A DNA stretch of 64,000 nt from Candidatus Omnitrophota bacterium. Its GTDB lineage: Bacteria; Omnitrophota; Gorgyraeia; Gygaellales; Profunditerraquicolaceae. The stretch covers positions 5,413-69,412 of the forward strand of contig JAPLLZ010000020.1 of the NCBI GenBank assembly GCA_026387265.1. Direction: 5' to 3'. Below the pieces are notes generated by a model, which saw nothing but the letters and a program-made list of their open reading frames with translations, was not told the origin of the DNA and searched no databases. Shown one piece after another: positions 10,192 to 20,191 of this stretch (position 1 is the stretch's first letter; each line of letters opens with the position of its first letter). The position numbers and the translations under genes are program-made.

Positions 10192-11073
10192 ATGATAGAA
10201 AAAAAGAAACAAATATGTATTATCAAGTTAGATGGGTTGGGGGATGTTTTGCGGACCACTTCGATCTTGTGGTGTTTTAAAAATGATGATGTTACCTGGG
10301 TTACTGAGGAGGCCGCCCTTTCTTTGTTAACGGGTATTCCTTTTTTAAAAAAAATTACTTCTATTTCCGGAGTTTTAGTTATGCAGGATTTTGTGTTTGA
10401 TGAACTCTATAATTTTGATGAGGACATACGGGCTTGTGAGTTGGCGCATAATCTTAAGGCTAAAAAGAAAAAGGGTTTTAAGGTTAAAGATGGCCACCAT
10501 TTTCCGTTTGATGCGGATTCTGAATATGCATATGCTTTGTCCAGAAATGATGAATTAAAATTCAAGTTGAACAAGAAAACATATCAGCAAATTATTTTTG
10601 AGATGGCCGGCTACTGTTGGGAAGGGCAAGATTACATTTTGGGCTATCAGCCTAAAGGGGCAGTTAAGTATGAGGTAGGCATAAATTACCTTGTGGGAAA
10701 GAAGTTCCCAAATAAGGCCTGGCCGCACTGGGGCAGGTTATCTAAGATGCTGGATTCCGTATGCTTACAGAATCAGTTTAAAACATTAAAAGAGTATATA
10801 GACTGGGTAAATAGCTGCCGGATTTTAGTTACCGGCGATTCCCTGGGAATGCATATTGCGCTGGCCTTGAAGAAAAAGGTAATTATCCTTATGGGGTCTA
10901 CTAGCTGGAATGAAATCGAAACTTATGGGCGGGGTGTTGTTCTCAGGGCAAAGCTACCTTGTTCGCCTTGTTATAAAAAAGATAATTGTAATAGTGTTTC
11001 TTTTTGTATGGATTTAATTACTCCCGAAATGGTACTTTCTGAGATAAAAAAACTTAAGCAGGCTGGTGATTAA
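10192..11073 (+). CDS. GT9 (ADP-heptose:LPS heptosyltransferase-like)
   Basis: LGDVLRT, TGDSLGMHIALAL, CSPCY. Confidence 0.85.
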   Translation: MIEKKKQICIIKLDGLGDVLRTTSILWCFKNDDVTWVTEEAALSLLTGIPFLKKITSISGVLVMQDFVFDELYNFDEDIRACELAHNLKAKKKKGFKVKDGHHFPFDADSEYAYALSRNDELKFKLNKKTYQQIIFEMAGYCWEGQDYILGYQPKGAVKYEVGINYLVGKKFPNKAWPHWGRLSKMLDSVCLQNQFKTLKEYIDWVNSCRILVTGDSLGMHIALALKKKVIILMGSTSWNEIETYGRGVVLRAKLPCSPCYKKDNCNSVSFCMDLITPEMVLSEIKKLKQAGD

Positions 11074-11082
11074 GGAGAAGTT

Positions 11083-11988
11083 GTGGATGCCTCGGTAGTT
11101 ATTCTTACTAAGAATGAAGAAGGATGTATTGGCGCAGTTCTAGAAATGGTCTTCCGCCAGGAATTTGACGGAGATTATGAAGTAATCGCCATAGATTCTG
11201 GTTCACACGATGCAACACTGGAAATAGCCGGGCGTTATCCAGTCAGGGTGATTGAGATTAAACCGGAAGAATTCGGGCATGGCCAGACGAGGAATTTAGG
11301 CGTAAAATTATCAAAAGGTAAGTATGTGGTTTTTTTAACTGCCGATGCAGTGCCGGTTAATAATGTATGGTTAGGGAATCTTATCCGGCCGCTTAAAGAG
11401 AATATTAATATTGTCGGAGTCTATGGCCGGCAGATTCCTAAAAAAGAATGCTATCCAACTGAGGCCAGGGATATTTTGGCGGGTACCGGATTAGTTGCTA
11501 AGATCAAATTTATCAACCCCGCGGATCAGAAACAAATTGACCATTTTAATAAGCATGTTTGGAAATATATCACCTTTTCTAATGTTAGTTCTGCCTATCG
11601 CAGAGATTTGCTAGAGCAGCATCCCTTTGCAGAAGATCTTTTAGCCGTTGAAGACCAAGAATGGGCTTATCGTTTAATCAAAAACGGTAGAATGATTTGT
11701 TATGAGCCAACATCAAGCGTGTACCATTCGCATAATGATGGATTAAAAAAGTTATATGGCCGATATTACCGGTACGGCCGTTCTTTTAAGAAATTTATAC
11801 CGGATAGAAGTCGGGGGACAATTTACTACTTCATTAAAATCACGCTTTATGAAACAGCCCTAGATTACATTTTTTTGTGTACTTATACAATAGGAGTAAT
11901 CAGAAAGATTTTTTGGCTGTTTAAATTACCCCTATTTAGAATTATAAAAAATTTTGCATTTTACCAAGGATTTAAAAATACGGTTTAA
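11083..11988 (+). CDS. GT2 glycosyltransferase (rhamnosyltransferase-like)
   Basis: IDSGSHD, FGHGQTRNLG, YGRQIP, VEDQEW, VYHSH. Confidence 0.8.
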   Translation: MDASVVILTKNEEGCIGAVLEMVFRQEFDGDYEVIAIDSGSHDATLEIAGRYPVRVIEIKPEEFGHGQTRNLGVKLSKGKYVVFLTADAVPVNNVWLGNLIRPLKENINIVGVYGRQIPKKECYPTEARDILAGTGLVAKIKFINPADQKQIDHFNKHVWKYITFSNVSSAYRRDLLEQHPFAEDLLAVEDQEWAYRLIKNGRMICYEPTSSVYHSHNDGLKKLYGRYYRYGRSFKKFIPDRSRGTIYYFIKITLYETALDYIFLCTYTIGVIRKIFWLFKLPLFRIIKNFAFYQGFKNTV

Positions 11989-11991
11989 AGT

Positions 11992-12870
11992 ATGGATATT
12001 TCTATAGTCATCCGCACCAAAAATGAAGAAAGTAGTATTGTCAGAACATTGGAGCAGGTATCTGCTCAAGCTTACCGCGGCAGTTATGAAATAATTATAG
12101 TTGATTCTGGTTCCAGTGATAGAACAGCACAGATTGCTTCAGGTTTTACGCCGCGTTTCTATACTATAAATAAAGAGCCTTTTTCTTACGGATATGCATT
12201 AAATTATGGGCAAAAAATATCGATGGGTAAAATAGTTGTTTTTTTATCAGCGCATTGTATACCTGCTGATACTCAATGGCTGGCAAATTTAGTTATCCCG
12301 CTAGATAAAGATAAACAAATCGGGGCTGTTTATGGCCGGCAGTTGCCCGTCGCAGGTATAAATCCGATTGAGGAATTCGAGCTGGGTATTTTTTTTCCAG
12401 AAGGGAATACAGAACCAAAAGCAGTATTTTCAAATGCCAGTTGCGCGATAAGAAAAGAAATTTTAGAAAAATATCCATTTAATGAAGAGATCGCTTACGG
12501 TGAAGATTTTCTATGGCGGCATAAATTGCCCGCAGATATTGGTGTAGTTTATGCCCGAGATGCCCGGGTTTACCACAGCCATCGCAGTAATTTAAGTTAC
12601 TGGGCGTGCCATCATCAAAAAGTCGGGATGGCTGTAGAATATTTGCGTAAAGTTGAAGGTATCCAAGATTTCTACGGCCGAAAAGGCACTTGGCTAAGGA
12701 AAATCTTAACCCGCCTGCCGTATTTACTTTTTTTTATCCGGAAAGGATATGTTAAAGCCTGCCTTACTTTTGTACCCATAGAGATAATCCGGAATATTTT
12801 TTATATCCGGGGATTAAGCATCAGTAGAAAAAAATACCGGAGATATCAAGATTTAACATGCCCAAAATAA
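11992..12870 (+). CDS. GT2 glycosyltransferase, paralog of preceding gene
   Basis: VDSGSSD, YGRQLP, GEDF, VYHSH. Confidence 0.8.
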   Translation: MDISIVIRTKNEESSIVRTLEQVSAQAYRGSYEIIIVDSGSSDRTAQIASGFTPRFYTINKEPFSYGYALNYGQKISMGKIVVFLSAHCIPADTQWLANLVIPLDKDKQIGAVYGRQLPVAGINPIEEFELGIFFPEGNTEPKAVFSNASCAIRKEILEKYPFNEEIAYGEDFLWRHKLPADIGVVYARDARVYHSHRSNLSYWACHHQKVGMAVEYLRKVEGIQDFYGRKGTWLRKILTRLPYLLFFIRKGYVKACLTFVPIEIIRNIFYIRGLSISRKKYRRYQDLTCPK

Positions 12871-14018
12871 ACCTTCTTTATATTATTACTAAGTTGGAAT
12901 TAGGTGGTGCCCAAAAACAATTATTAAGTTTGATCAGAGGCTTAAATAAACAAACCTATAATGTTTTTCTCCTTACAGCTAAAGATGGTTTATTGGTGAA
13001 CGAGGCACTTGCTTTGGATGGTTTAATTTTGAAGAGGTCAAGTTTCCTGGAACGCAGAATAAACCCTTTAAAGGACTTCCTAGCTTTAATAGAAATCTAC
13101 AGTTTTATTAAGGCAAATAAAATTCAAATAGTACATACGCACAGTTCAAAGGCTGGAATTTTAGGCCGTCTTGCTGCCGCATTAGCAAAAACAAAAATTG
13201 TTATTCATACTGTGCATGGCTGGAGTTTTCATGGCTACCAATCTTTGATTATTAATCGTCTTTATTTGTTCCTGGAAAAAGTTTGTGCTATTTTTACCAG
13301 TAAAATAATCGTAGTTTCCCGCTGGGATAAAAATAAGGGTTTAAATAATCATGTGGGAAGACAAGAGCAGTATGTTATAATTAGGTACGGTATAGATTGT
13401 GCTGATTTTCAGAATAGAGAAAAATCTGCTGCCGTTAAAAAATCCCTGGGGTTTTCCGCTGGGGAGCTGGTTATTGGCATGGTTGCTTGTTTCAAGCCGC
13501 AGAAATCTCCTCTAGATTTTATAAAATTAGCCTCTGCCGTGAAAAAAGATTGCCCCAATGCAAAATTTATTTTAGTAGGGGATGGGGTTTTATTTAAACA
13601 AGTGCTTTGTTTAATTAAAAAATTGCATTTAGATGGCCAAGTAGTTTTAGCTGGCTGGCGCCGGGATATACCGGCAATCCTCTCTTGCCTGGATGTCTTT
13701 GTGTTAACTTCATTATGGGAGGGATTGCCGATTGTGGTACTGGAGGCAATGGCTTCAGGTGTACCGTTAGCGGCTACAGATACCGGCGGCATTAAGGAGG
13801 TTATTGTTGATCAAGAAACAGGCTATTTGGTTAGAGCGCATGATATAGATTCTTTAAGTAACCGGGTAGTTAAACTATTAAAAGACAATCAAAAAAGGGA
13901 TGAATTCATAAAATCATCCAAAGCCGTTGTGGAAGCTAAGGAGTTTTCATTGAGCAATATGATTCAAAGAACAGAAGAGCTGTATTTAAACTTAACCGAG
14001 AAATACAAAAATGCTTAA
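12858..14018 (+). CDS. GT4 glycosyltransferase
   Basis: GGAQ, HTHSSKAG, EGLPIVVLEAMASG. Confidence 0.9.
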   Translation: MPKINLLYIITKLELGGAQKQLLSLIRGLNKQTYNVFLLTAKDGLLVNEALALDGLILKRSSFLERRINPLKDFLALIEIYSFIKANKIQIVHTHSSKAGILGRLAAALAKTKIVIHTVHGWSFHGYQSLIINRLYLFLEKVCAIFTSKIIVVSRWDKNKGLNNHVGRQEQYVIIRYGIDCADFQNREKSAAVKKSLGFSAGELVIGMVACFKPQKSPLDFIKLASAVKKDCPNAKFILVGDGVLFKQVLCLIKKLHLDGQVVLAGWRRDIPAILSCLDVFVLTSLWEGLPIVVLEAMASGVPLAATDTGGIKEVIVDQETGYLVRAHDIDSLSNRVVKLLKDNQKRDEFIKSSKAVVEAKEFSLSNMIQRTEELYLNLTEKYKNA

Positions 14019-14994
14019 ATATTTAATTATTTTTACTTCCGCTTTAATTTTTAGCATGTTGTCCACTTCTTTATTAGCAAAGCTTTCTTTGAAGGGAAAG
14101 ATACTTAAAACAAATGATATTCCTTTAGTTGGGGGATTGGGAATAGGGCTAGCTTTTATTTTTACTTTATGTTTAGCTGCTTTTGTTATGCATTTGCCGC
14201 TGACGAAGATTTTGGCGGTTACGATTGCTTCTTTGGCCATGTTATTTTTTGGCGTAATTGACGATTTGAGGGAATTATCCGTAGTGCATAAATTTTTAGC
14301 ACAATCAATTTGCGCGGTTTACTTAATTGCCTGCGGGGTAAAAACAGACATTATGTATCTGGGGTTCTGGGGCAATGCTGCAATTACCTTTTTTTGGTTA
14401 TTAGGGGTGACCAATGCTTTTAATCTACTGGATATTCTGGATGGTTTGACTACAGGTTTAGTTTTAATTATCAGCAGTGCATTTTTGCTGGTAGGATTTT
14501 TAAATGCAGACCTGAATGTGCAGGTGCTCAGCCTGATTTTATGCGCGGGAAGTATCGGGTTTTTATTTTTTAATTTTCCTCCAGCTAAGGTATATTTAGG
14601 GAATTCTGGCAGCCATTTTTTCGGTTTGCTTTTAGCCGCGATAGCCTTGGTTGCACATTATGCTTCTGAGGATAACGTATTTGCTTTGATCAGTCCGTTA
14701 ATGATCTTGGGTTTGCCGATTATGGATACTGTATTGTTGATTATTTTTAGGGTAACTAAAAAAAAGCTTCCTTTCCATAAGAGCAAGGATCATGTTGCAT
14801 TTAAAATTAAGGCCATGGGTTTTTCTCCGCTGAGGATACTTTTAATTATGTATTTATTATGTTTTATTTTTTCCGTTTGTGGTGTTGTTTTGATCAAGGT
14901 TAATAATTTGGCGGCGGTAAGTATAATTATGGCCGTCTGTTTGTTCAGTATATATGTATTGTCAAGATTGATTAAAATAGAGGTAGGCGATTAA
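14011..14994 (+). CDS. MraY/WecA/TagO-family polyprenyl-phosphate HexNAc-1-P transferase
   Basis: PLVGG, GVIDD, NAFNLLDILDGL, FNFPPAKVYLGNSG; multi-TM. Confidence 0.85.
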   Translation: MLKYLIIFTSALIFSMLSTSLLAKLSLKGKILKTNDIPLVGGLGIGLAFIFTLCLAAFVMHLPLTKILAVTIASLAMLFFGVIDDLRELSVVHKFLAQSICAVYLIACGVKTDIMYLGFWGNAAITFFWLLGVTNAFNLLDILDGLTTGLVLIISSAFLLVGFLNADLNVQVLSLILCAGSIGFLFFNFPPAKVYLGNSGSHFFGLLLAAIALVAHYASEDNVFALISPLMILGLPIMDTVLLIIFRVTKKKLPFHKSKDHVAFKIKAMGFSPLRILLIMYLLCFIFSVCGVVLIKVNNLAAVSIIMAVCLFSIYVLSRLIKIEVGD

Positions 14995-15035
14995 TTGTCG
15001 AATATTTTTAAGGCAAAAGACGAAATAATTTATAG

Positions 15036-15974
15036 ATGAATGTAAGCGTAATTATTGTCAGCATAGGGGCTAAAGATTACCTTAAGCTTTGCTTGAACTC
15101 TCTTCTAAAACAAAGCCACCAACCTTTAGAAATTATTATTATTGATAATTCTTCCCAGCCTGATTTTGCCCGGAATATTAGCAAGGCCTATCCGTCGGTC
15201 AAGCTTTATTCCAGCCCAAAAAACTTATTCTATGCCGCTGCTTTGAATAAAGGGATTAGTTCAAGCAGCGGCGATTTTGTACTTTGTCTTAATGATGATG
15301 TGGTTTTAGGAAAAGAATTTATCCGGGAAGCATTAAAGGGTTTTTTGGTAGATAACAGAATTGGTTCGGTAAGCGGGAAAATTTTACGCAGTGATGGGAA
15401 AGTTTTAGATAGCGCGGGTTTATACTTAAGCGTTTGGCGCACGGCCAAAGAAAAAGGCTATGGGCAAAAGGATTCCGGGCAGTTTGAAAAAAACAATTAT
15501 ATTTTCGGCGCCAGCGGTGCAGCGGCTTTTTATCGCAGAGAAATGCTAGAGTCGATTAAAGAATGCGGTGACTATTTTGATTCAGATTTTGGCATGTTTT
15601 ATGAGGATCTGGATATTTCCTGGCGGGCACATCGGTATGGTTGGTTGGCTTACTATATACCGGCGGCTTTAGTTTATCATGTGCGCGGGGGGTCATTCCG
15701 TCCGGATTGCGGAATAGGTAAGCCTGTCGCACGCAAATATTTGAATGATCAACTGCACTGCGCTTTAATTAAAAACCGCTATCTTACAATACTGAAAAAT
15801 GAAACATTCTGTGGTTTCATCGCGCATCTTATTCCGATATTAATTTATGATTTGTGTGTTTGGGGTTATGTTGTTTTTTTTCGCCCCAGAGTTTTTAAAT
15901 TGTTCTTTAACGCATCTTTGCGCCAAATTAATGAAAAAAGGCAAAAGATGCGTTGTTGCAAGAAAAGATTTTGA
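15036..15974 (+). CDS. GT2 glycosyltransferase
   Basis: IDNSS, LNDD, FGMFYEDLDISWR. Confidence 0.85.
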   Translation: MNVSVIIVSIGAKDYLKLCLNSLLKQSHQPLEIIIIDNSSQPDFARNISKAYPSVKLYSSPKNLFYAAALNKGISSSSGDFVLCLNDDVVLGKEFIREALKGFLVDNRIGSVSGKILRSDGKVLDSAGLYLSVWRTAKEKGYGQKDSGQFEKNNYIFGASGAAAFYRREMLESIKECGDYFDSDFGMFYEDLDISWRAHRYGWLAYYIPAALVYHVRGGSFRPDCGIGKPVARKYLNDQLHCALIKNRYLTILKNETFCGFIAHLIPILIYDLCVWGYVVFFRPRVFKLFFNASLRQINEKRQKMRCCKKRF

Positions 15975-15998
15975 CAATTTGAGGTTATGCTTTAGAAT
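15971..15998 (+). promoter_or_regulatory. sigma70-type promoter for tRNA-Leu
   Basis: TTGACA-16 nt-TAGAAT ending 16 nt before the tRNA. Confidence 0.6.
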
Positions 15999-16014
15999 AG
16001 CAGATACAATTTAT

Positions 16015-16095
16015 GCGCGGGTGGTGAAATGGCAGACACGCAAGCATGAGGGGCTTGTGCCGCAAGGCTTGGGGGTTCAACTCCCCCCTCGCGCA
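16015..16095 (+). tRNA. tRNA-Leu (GAG), no encoded CCA
   Basis: Acceptor GCGCGGG/CTCGCGC, D arm with TGGCAGAC, anticodon arm CAAGC-ATGAGGG-GCTTG, long variable arm, GGGGG-TTCAACT-CCCCC T arm. Confidence 0.93.
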
Positions 16096-17031
16096 TTAAA
16101 TTCTATTCTGCCGTTTATCTTTAACGAAGTTGCTTTTTTCCATACTCTTGGCTAATTTCTTTAATTCTGCACCGATCTCGCCAATTTGCGCCACATGCGT
16201 GATATCGCGCATTTCGTTAGTTACCACTCCGATAGAGACAGAAAGCAGTAGGATTTTATGAATTTGACTTTGACGGTCATATCCGATAATATAACCGTTA
16301 TCCCGGTCCTCTTGATTATAAAATGTAGGAGAAATTTTATCAAAGTCATAGATTATTTTTTCACAGATTTTATCTGATCGGTCAGGGGTGGTGACGATTA
16401 CAAAATCATCTCCTCCGATATGCCCGACAAAATCTGCCGGATTACCGTATTCTTTAGCAGCGGCAATTAAGATGCGCGCAGTCTCGCGGATTACGTCATC
16501 TCCGTGTTCAAATCCGTATTTATCATTGTAGGCTTTAAATTTATCCAGATCAACATAGCAAACCGCATAAGGAACCTTATTTTCAATGCAATTAGAGAGT
16601 TCATTTAGGATTGCTAAATTGCCGGGAAGGCGGGTGAGGGGGTTGGCTTCCAGGTCTCTTTTTGTGCGCCTTAATACCATGCGGATTCTGGCTAAAAGTT
16701 CTTTAGGCTCAAAAGGTTTAACGATATAATCATCCGCTCCGGCATCAATTCCGCCGATCCTATCGCTAACTTCTCCTTTACCGGTGACCATAATGGTTGG
16801 TAAATGCTGCAATAATAAATCTTTTTTAATTAAATTGCACACTTGCCTGCCATCCATTTTAGGCATATTATGATCCAGAAGCACTAAATCTAACGGTTTG
16901 GAACGGATGATTTTTAGAGCTTCTTCGCCATCTGCGGCTTCCGTAATTTCATAATCTTCTTCTTCCAGAGTAAGTTTGAGGATATCTCTTATATCCGGGT
17001 CATCATCGGCAATCAATATTTTTATACCCAT
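16096..17031 (-). CDS. Response regulator with REC and GGDEF-type (GGDDF) diguanylate cyclase domain
   Basis: ILIADDD, LLDHNMP, DYIVKPF; DLDKFKAYNDKYG and IGGDDF. Confidence 0.88.
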   Translation of the reverse strand: MGIKILIADDDPDIRDILKLTLEEEDYEITEAADGEEALKIIRSKPLDLVLLDHNMPKMDGRQVCNLIKKDLLLQHLPTIMVTGKGEVSDRIGGIDAGADDYIVKPFEPKELLARIRMVLRRTKRDLEANPLTRLPGNLAILNELSNCIENKVPYAVCYVDLDKFKAYNDKYGFEHGDDVIRETARILIAAAKEYGNPADFVGHIGGDDFVIVTTPDRSDKICEKIIYDFDKISPTFYNQEDRDNGYIIGYDRQSQIHKILLLSVSIGVVTNEMRDITHVAQIGEIGAELKKLAKSMEKSNFVKDKRQNRI

Positions 17032-17035
17032 AGTT

Positions 17036-18517
17036 TTATTTGGCAGCGTTAAGAGTAAAACTGAAAGTTGAGCCTTCGCCTAACTTGCTTTTTACCCATA
17101 TTCTTCCCTGGTGCGCCTGGACAATTTGTTTAACTAAAGCCAGGCCCAAGCCGGTGCCTTTTACCCCCTGGTTGATAGTATTGTCTACGCGATAAAATTC
17201 TTCGAATATTTTTTCCTGCGCGTCTTCAGGAATTCCAAACCCGGTATCCTTAATGTCGATTTGAACATGGTTATTAGAGTGGCTGGCATTAAGACTAATC
17301 TTGCCATTTTCCGGGGTAAATTTAAATGCGTTGCCTACTAAATTAATAAAAACTCGCTCAATTTGACTGCGGTCAGCCAGAATTTCCTGGCAATCATCTG
17401 GTATATTGTTGCTAAAGGTGATATTTTTAGATTTAAATTGTTCCGAGAACAAATCGGCGATTTTGTCATAGATAGTTTTTAAACTCAAAGCCTCTTTTTT
17501 AATTTCGACTTTACCGCTTTCAATGCGCGAGATATCCAATAGGTCGTTAACCATATGTACTAATTCATCGCTGTGGCGGTTTATCTTTTCCAGCCGGCTG
17601 CGGATTTCTTCCGGCAAGGCTCCTAATTTACTGGTGAGCAGAATAGCGGCATATCCTTTGATCGAGGTAAGTGGGGTTCTTATTTCATGGGATACGCTGG
17701 AAATGAAATCGCTTTTACGTTTGCTTATTTTGTTTACTTCTTCCAAAGCTTGAGTTAGCTGGCGGGTTCTTTCCTCGACTTTTAATTCCAGTTCTTGTTG
17801 GCTGCGCCATGTTTTTTCAAATAGCCGGGCGTTATCTAAAGTCTGGGCGATTTGATTGGCCAGGATGCTGATAAATTCCTGGTCGCCTTTGGTGATTGCG
17901 GTCTCGGCATTTTGCGTGCCGACAAAAATAAAACCCTGGTTGCCTTCCTGAGCTAGCACCGGACAAATAATAAATGAGCGTACTAGAAACAGGTGGTTAA
18001 ATGTATTTATTGATAGATTACCTCCTTCAGGTATAAATTCGGAGGAGACGGTGGAGCCCTTATTAATCAGGTCTAAAAAATAATCTTTATTAGCGTTAAT
18101 GGCAGTTTTAATCTTGGCGGATTCATCCTGGTTGTATCCTATGCACAGGTATAATTGAAACTCTCTTTCCAGGGCTTTCCAAAGGAAGGCCAGGGATTTT
18201 TCAAATCCTAAGTCCTCTACATGCTGGTTACTTATTTTTTTAAAAATTTGTTTTTCTTCCAGGGTTGTGCTTATTTCATGCGATAGTTTTTGCAGAGTAT
18301 CTAAGCCGGAAATTTTTTTGTCCAGTTCTTCCTGAGCTTTGTTTAATTCCATATCTGTGCGCATGATTAGCTTGGCTTGTTCATCCATTTCTCCCAAAGA
18401 AAAGTTTAAGGCGGATACCTTGTCGTTTATTTCTTTTAAGCGCTGATTTTTATAAAGCAAAGAAATGCCCAAGATAGCAAAGAGTGCGCAGATACCTACA
18501 AAGACAAAAGGGGTCAT
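17036..18517 (-). CDS. GAF-containing sensor histidine kinase
   Basis: N-terminal TM, SHEIRTPLTSI (H box), NLVGNAFKFT, DTGFGI, GTGLGL. Confidence 0.92.
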   Translation of the reverse strand: MTPFVFVGICALFAILGISLLYKNQRLKEINDKVSALNFSLGEMDEQAKLIMRTDMELNKAQEELDKKISGLDTLQKLSHEISTTLEEKQIFKKISNQHVEDLGFEKSLAFLWKALEREFQLYLCIGYNQDESAKIKTAINANKDYFLDLINKGSTVSSEFIPEGGNLSINTFNHLFLVRSFIICPVLAQEGNQGFIFVGTQNAETAITKGDQEFISILANQIAQTLDNARLFEKTWRSQQELELKVEERTRQLTQALEEVNKISKRKSDFISSVSHEIRTPLTSIKGYAAILLTSKLGALPEEIRSRLEKINRHSDELVHMVNDLLDISRIESGKVEIKKEALSLKTIYDKIADLFSEQFKSKNITFSNNIPDDCQEILADRSQIERVFINLVGNAFKFTPENGKISLNASHSNNHVQIDIKDTGFGIPEDAQEKIFEEFYRVDNTINQGVKGTGLGLALVKQIVQAHQGRIWVKSKLGEGSTFSFTLNAAK

Positions 18518-19705
18518 TTATTGTTCTCCTATAGCTAAAATACCAATGCTTTGATTATGGAAATAAGTCCGGCCCAGATAGTTAATAGATTTAAGCGGTG
18601 CTTGTTCGCCATTAGTATAAATGCCGATTAAGGGGGTGTCATGGCCAAAGATGTCTTTGATTACGTGGAGTTCAATATCATCCTGTCTGCCGAAAATGGA
18701 TAATCTTGCGGCGGAATCAAAAACGATCAAAAATTTAATTTTTTGAGTACTCAGGTTACTTTTTGCTTCTTCACAGGCGGCAACGGCTGCCGCTAGCCGT
18801 GAATCTTCAGTACTAATCATTAATCTGATTTTGCTGTTGGGAGGAATATCTCCTTGGGTTACTAAAGAACCGTCATCTTCGATAGAGATGACATTGCGCA
18901 ATAAGTATTCTTTTTCTCCGGGAAGATAAATTCCTAAGGGGTAATAAATAGATATTCGTTGCAATTCTTTAGCTAAGTCTTTTCTGTTTTTAGCAAAATA
19001 TTCTTCATATAGTTTTACGGCAGGCAGCTCATCAATTTCTTTAATTATATTGTTACTGGAAGAAGTGATATAGCGTATCTTTCCTAAGGATTTCCATCCG
19101 TGCTTAATGCCGAATCCGAAGCTGAATTTACCTCCGAAAAGAATTCCGCTGCAGGATTCAGAAAGTATCTCTTGGTTTAGGTATTGATAGGTTTTACGAT
19201 TTCCGAAACTATCAGAGGCCGAAGCACCAATGAGCGGGAAGCTTTTACCTAGGCTTTCCTGGAGGCCGTTAATTAAATGTGTTCCTTCAGTAATCAGTTT
19301 GTCTGAAAAAATTATGCTTAAGCTCCGGGGTACATTTTTGAAGCCAAACAGCAACTTTCCGCCTAATTCGCTGCCGGCTACAAACGGGTTTTTTTTATCG
19401 ATATCCTTGACCGCAGCGACATTGAAAAACGTTTGTTCGTTTAAACTGATAAGTAAAATGGCAAAACCGTGCTTGAATACTCCGTGGGTGGTCATTATTC
19501 CTAAGCTGCTGCAACCCAAAATAGGCATTTCTCTTAACAAGTTGTTAGTTATTTTTAATACTAAGGGATGTGCGAATTCTGTAGAGGTAAAAATAAAAGC
19601 CAGGCTTGCTGGAGAGTTTTTTAATCCTACCGTAGCTTGTCCAATTGCTTCGTTAGCGGCTAGTATAGGATCTTTGAGCTGACTAAAACCGATACTTACA
19701 TTCAT
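18518..19705 (-). CDS. FIST N/C-domain sensory protein (start may be 19741)
   Basis: GCSSLG, PLIGASASD, HGWK, GIYTNGEQAP, FHNQS. Confidence 0.85.
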   Translation of the reverse strand: MNVSIGFSQLKDPILAANEAIGQATVGLKNSPASLAFIFTSTEFAHPLVLKITNNLLREMPILGCSSLGIMTTHGVFKHGFAILLISLNEQTFFNVAAVKDIDKKNPFVAGSELGGKLLFGFKNVPRSLSIIFSDKLITEGTHLINGLQESLGKSFPLIGASASDSFGNRKTYQYLNQEILSESCSGILFGGKFSFGFGIKHGWKSLGKIRYITSSSNNIIKEIDELPAVKLYEEYFAKNRKDLAKELQRISIYYPLGIYLPGEKEYLLRNVISIEDDGSLVTQGDIPPNSKIRLMISTEDSRLAAAVAACEEAKSNLSTQKIKFLIVFDSAARLSIFGRQDDIELHVIKDIFGHDTPLIGIYTNGEQAPLKSINYLGRTYFHNQSIGILAIGEQ

Positions 19706-19782
19706 GGAATTCAGTATATAGCGCAAATATAAGAGGGTCAATAAAATTCTTAATCACCGGCACCCGCTTTATATTAAACTTA

Positions 19783-19810
19783 TTGACTAAAAAAACGATT
19801 ATAGTAAAAT
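19783..19810 (+). promoter_or_regulatory. sigma70-type promoter upstream of tRNA-Glu region
   Basis: TTGACT-16 nt-TAAAAT. Confidence 0.55.
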
Positions 19811-19825
19811 ATCATTCAATCATTT

Positions 19826-19907
19826 GGCCCCATCGTCTTCCCGCCAGATTATCTTATGGTGGGCGGGACCCCGCATTAAGCAGAACTCATGGCGGGGAGC
19901 CTGGTCT
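19826..19907 (+). pseudogene. 5' fragment of tRNA-Glu interrupted by a 59-nt double-hairpin insert
   Basis: GGCCCCATCGTCT (19826-19838) plus AGCCTGGTCT (19898-19907) equal the first 23 nt of the intact tRNA; insert 19839-19897. Confidence 0.7.
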
Positions 19908-19968
19908 GGCAAGCGTATTATCGGGCCATATTAATGTTCTTAGATTTTCTTTAATCAAGATTATTTAT

Positions 19969-20043
19969 GGCCCCATCGTCTAGCCTGGTCTAGGACGTCA
20001 GGTTCTCAGCCTGTAAACACGAGTTCAAATCTCGTTGGGGCTA
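19969..20043 (+). tRNA. tRNA-Glu (CTC), no encoded CCA
   Basis: GGCCCCA/TGGGGCT acceptor, anticodon loop TTCTCAG, ACGAG-TTCAAAT-CTCGT T arm. Confidence 0.92.
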
Positions 20044-20051
20044 ATAGTCTC

Positions 20052-20136
20052 CCGGTTCTCCACCCCACATAAGAATAATTGGGTGGGATCCCACCTAGGT
20101 TAATATGTGGGCGGGAAAATCCGGTTGGGGCTACCA
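20052..20136 (+). pseudogene. 3' tRNA-Glu-like fragment (T arm, acceptor strand, CCA) interrupted by a ~58-nt double-hairpin insert
   Basis: CCGGTTC [insert 20059-20116] AAATCCGGTTGGGGCTACCA. Confidence 0.65.
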
Positions 20137-20191
20137 GTTATATAACCATTTATATTTTCTTCAGTTACGCAATTTCAGAAAGGAGCGTTGA

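Noticed and set aside
15847-16155. 102-aa ORF in the track
   Set aside because: Spans tRNA-Leu and overlaps two real genes; spurious
19783-19983. 66-aa ORF in the track
   Set aside because: Starts at a -35 box and runs through the tRNA fragment and hairpin insert; no SD
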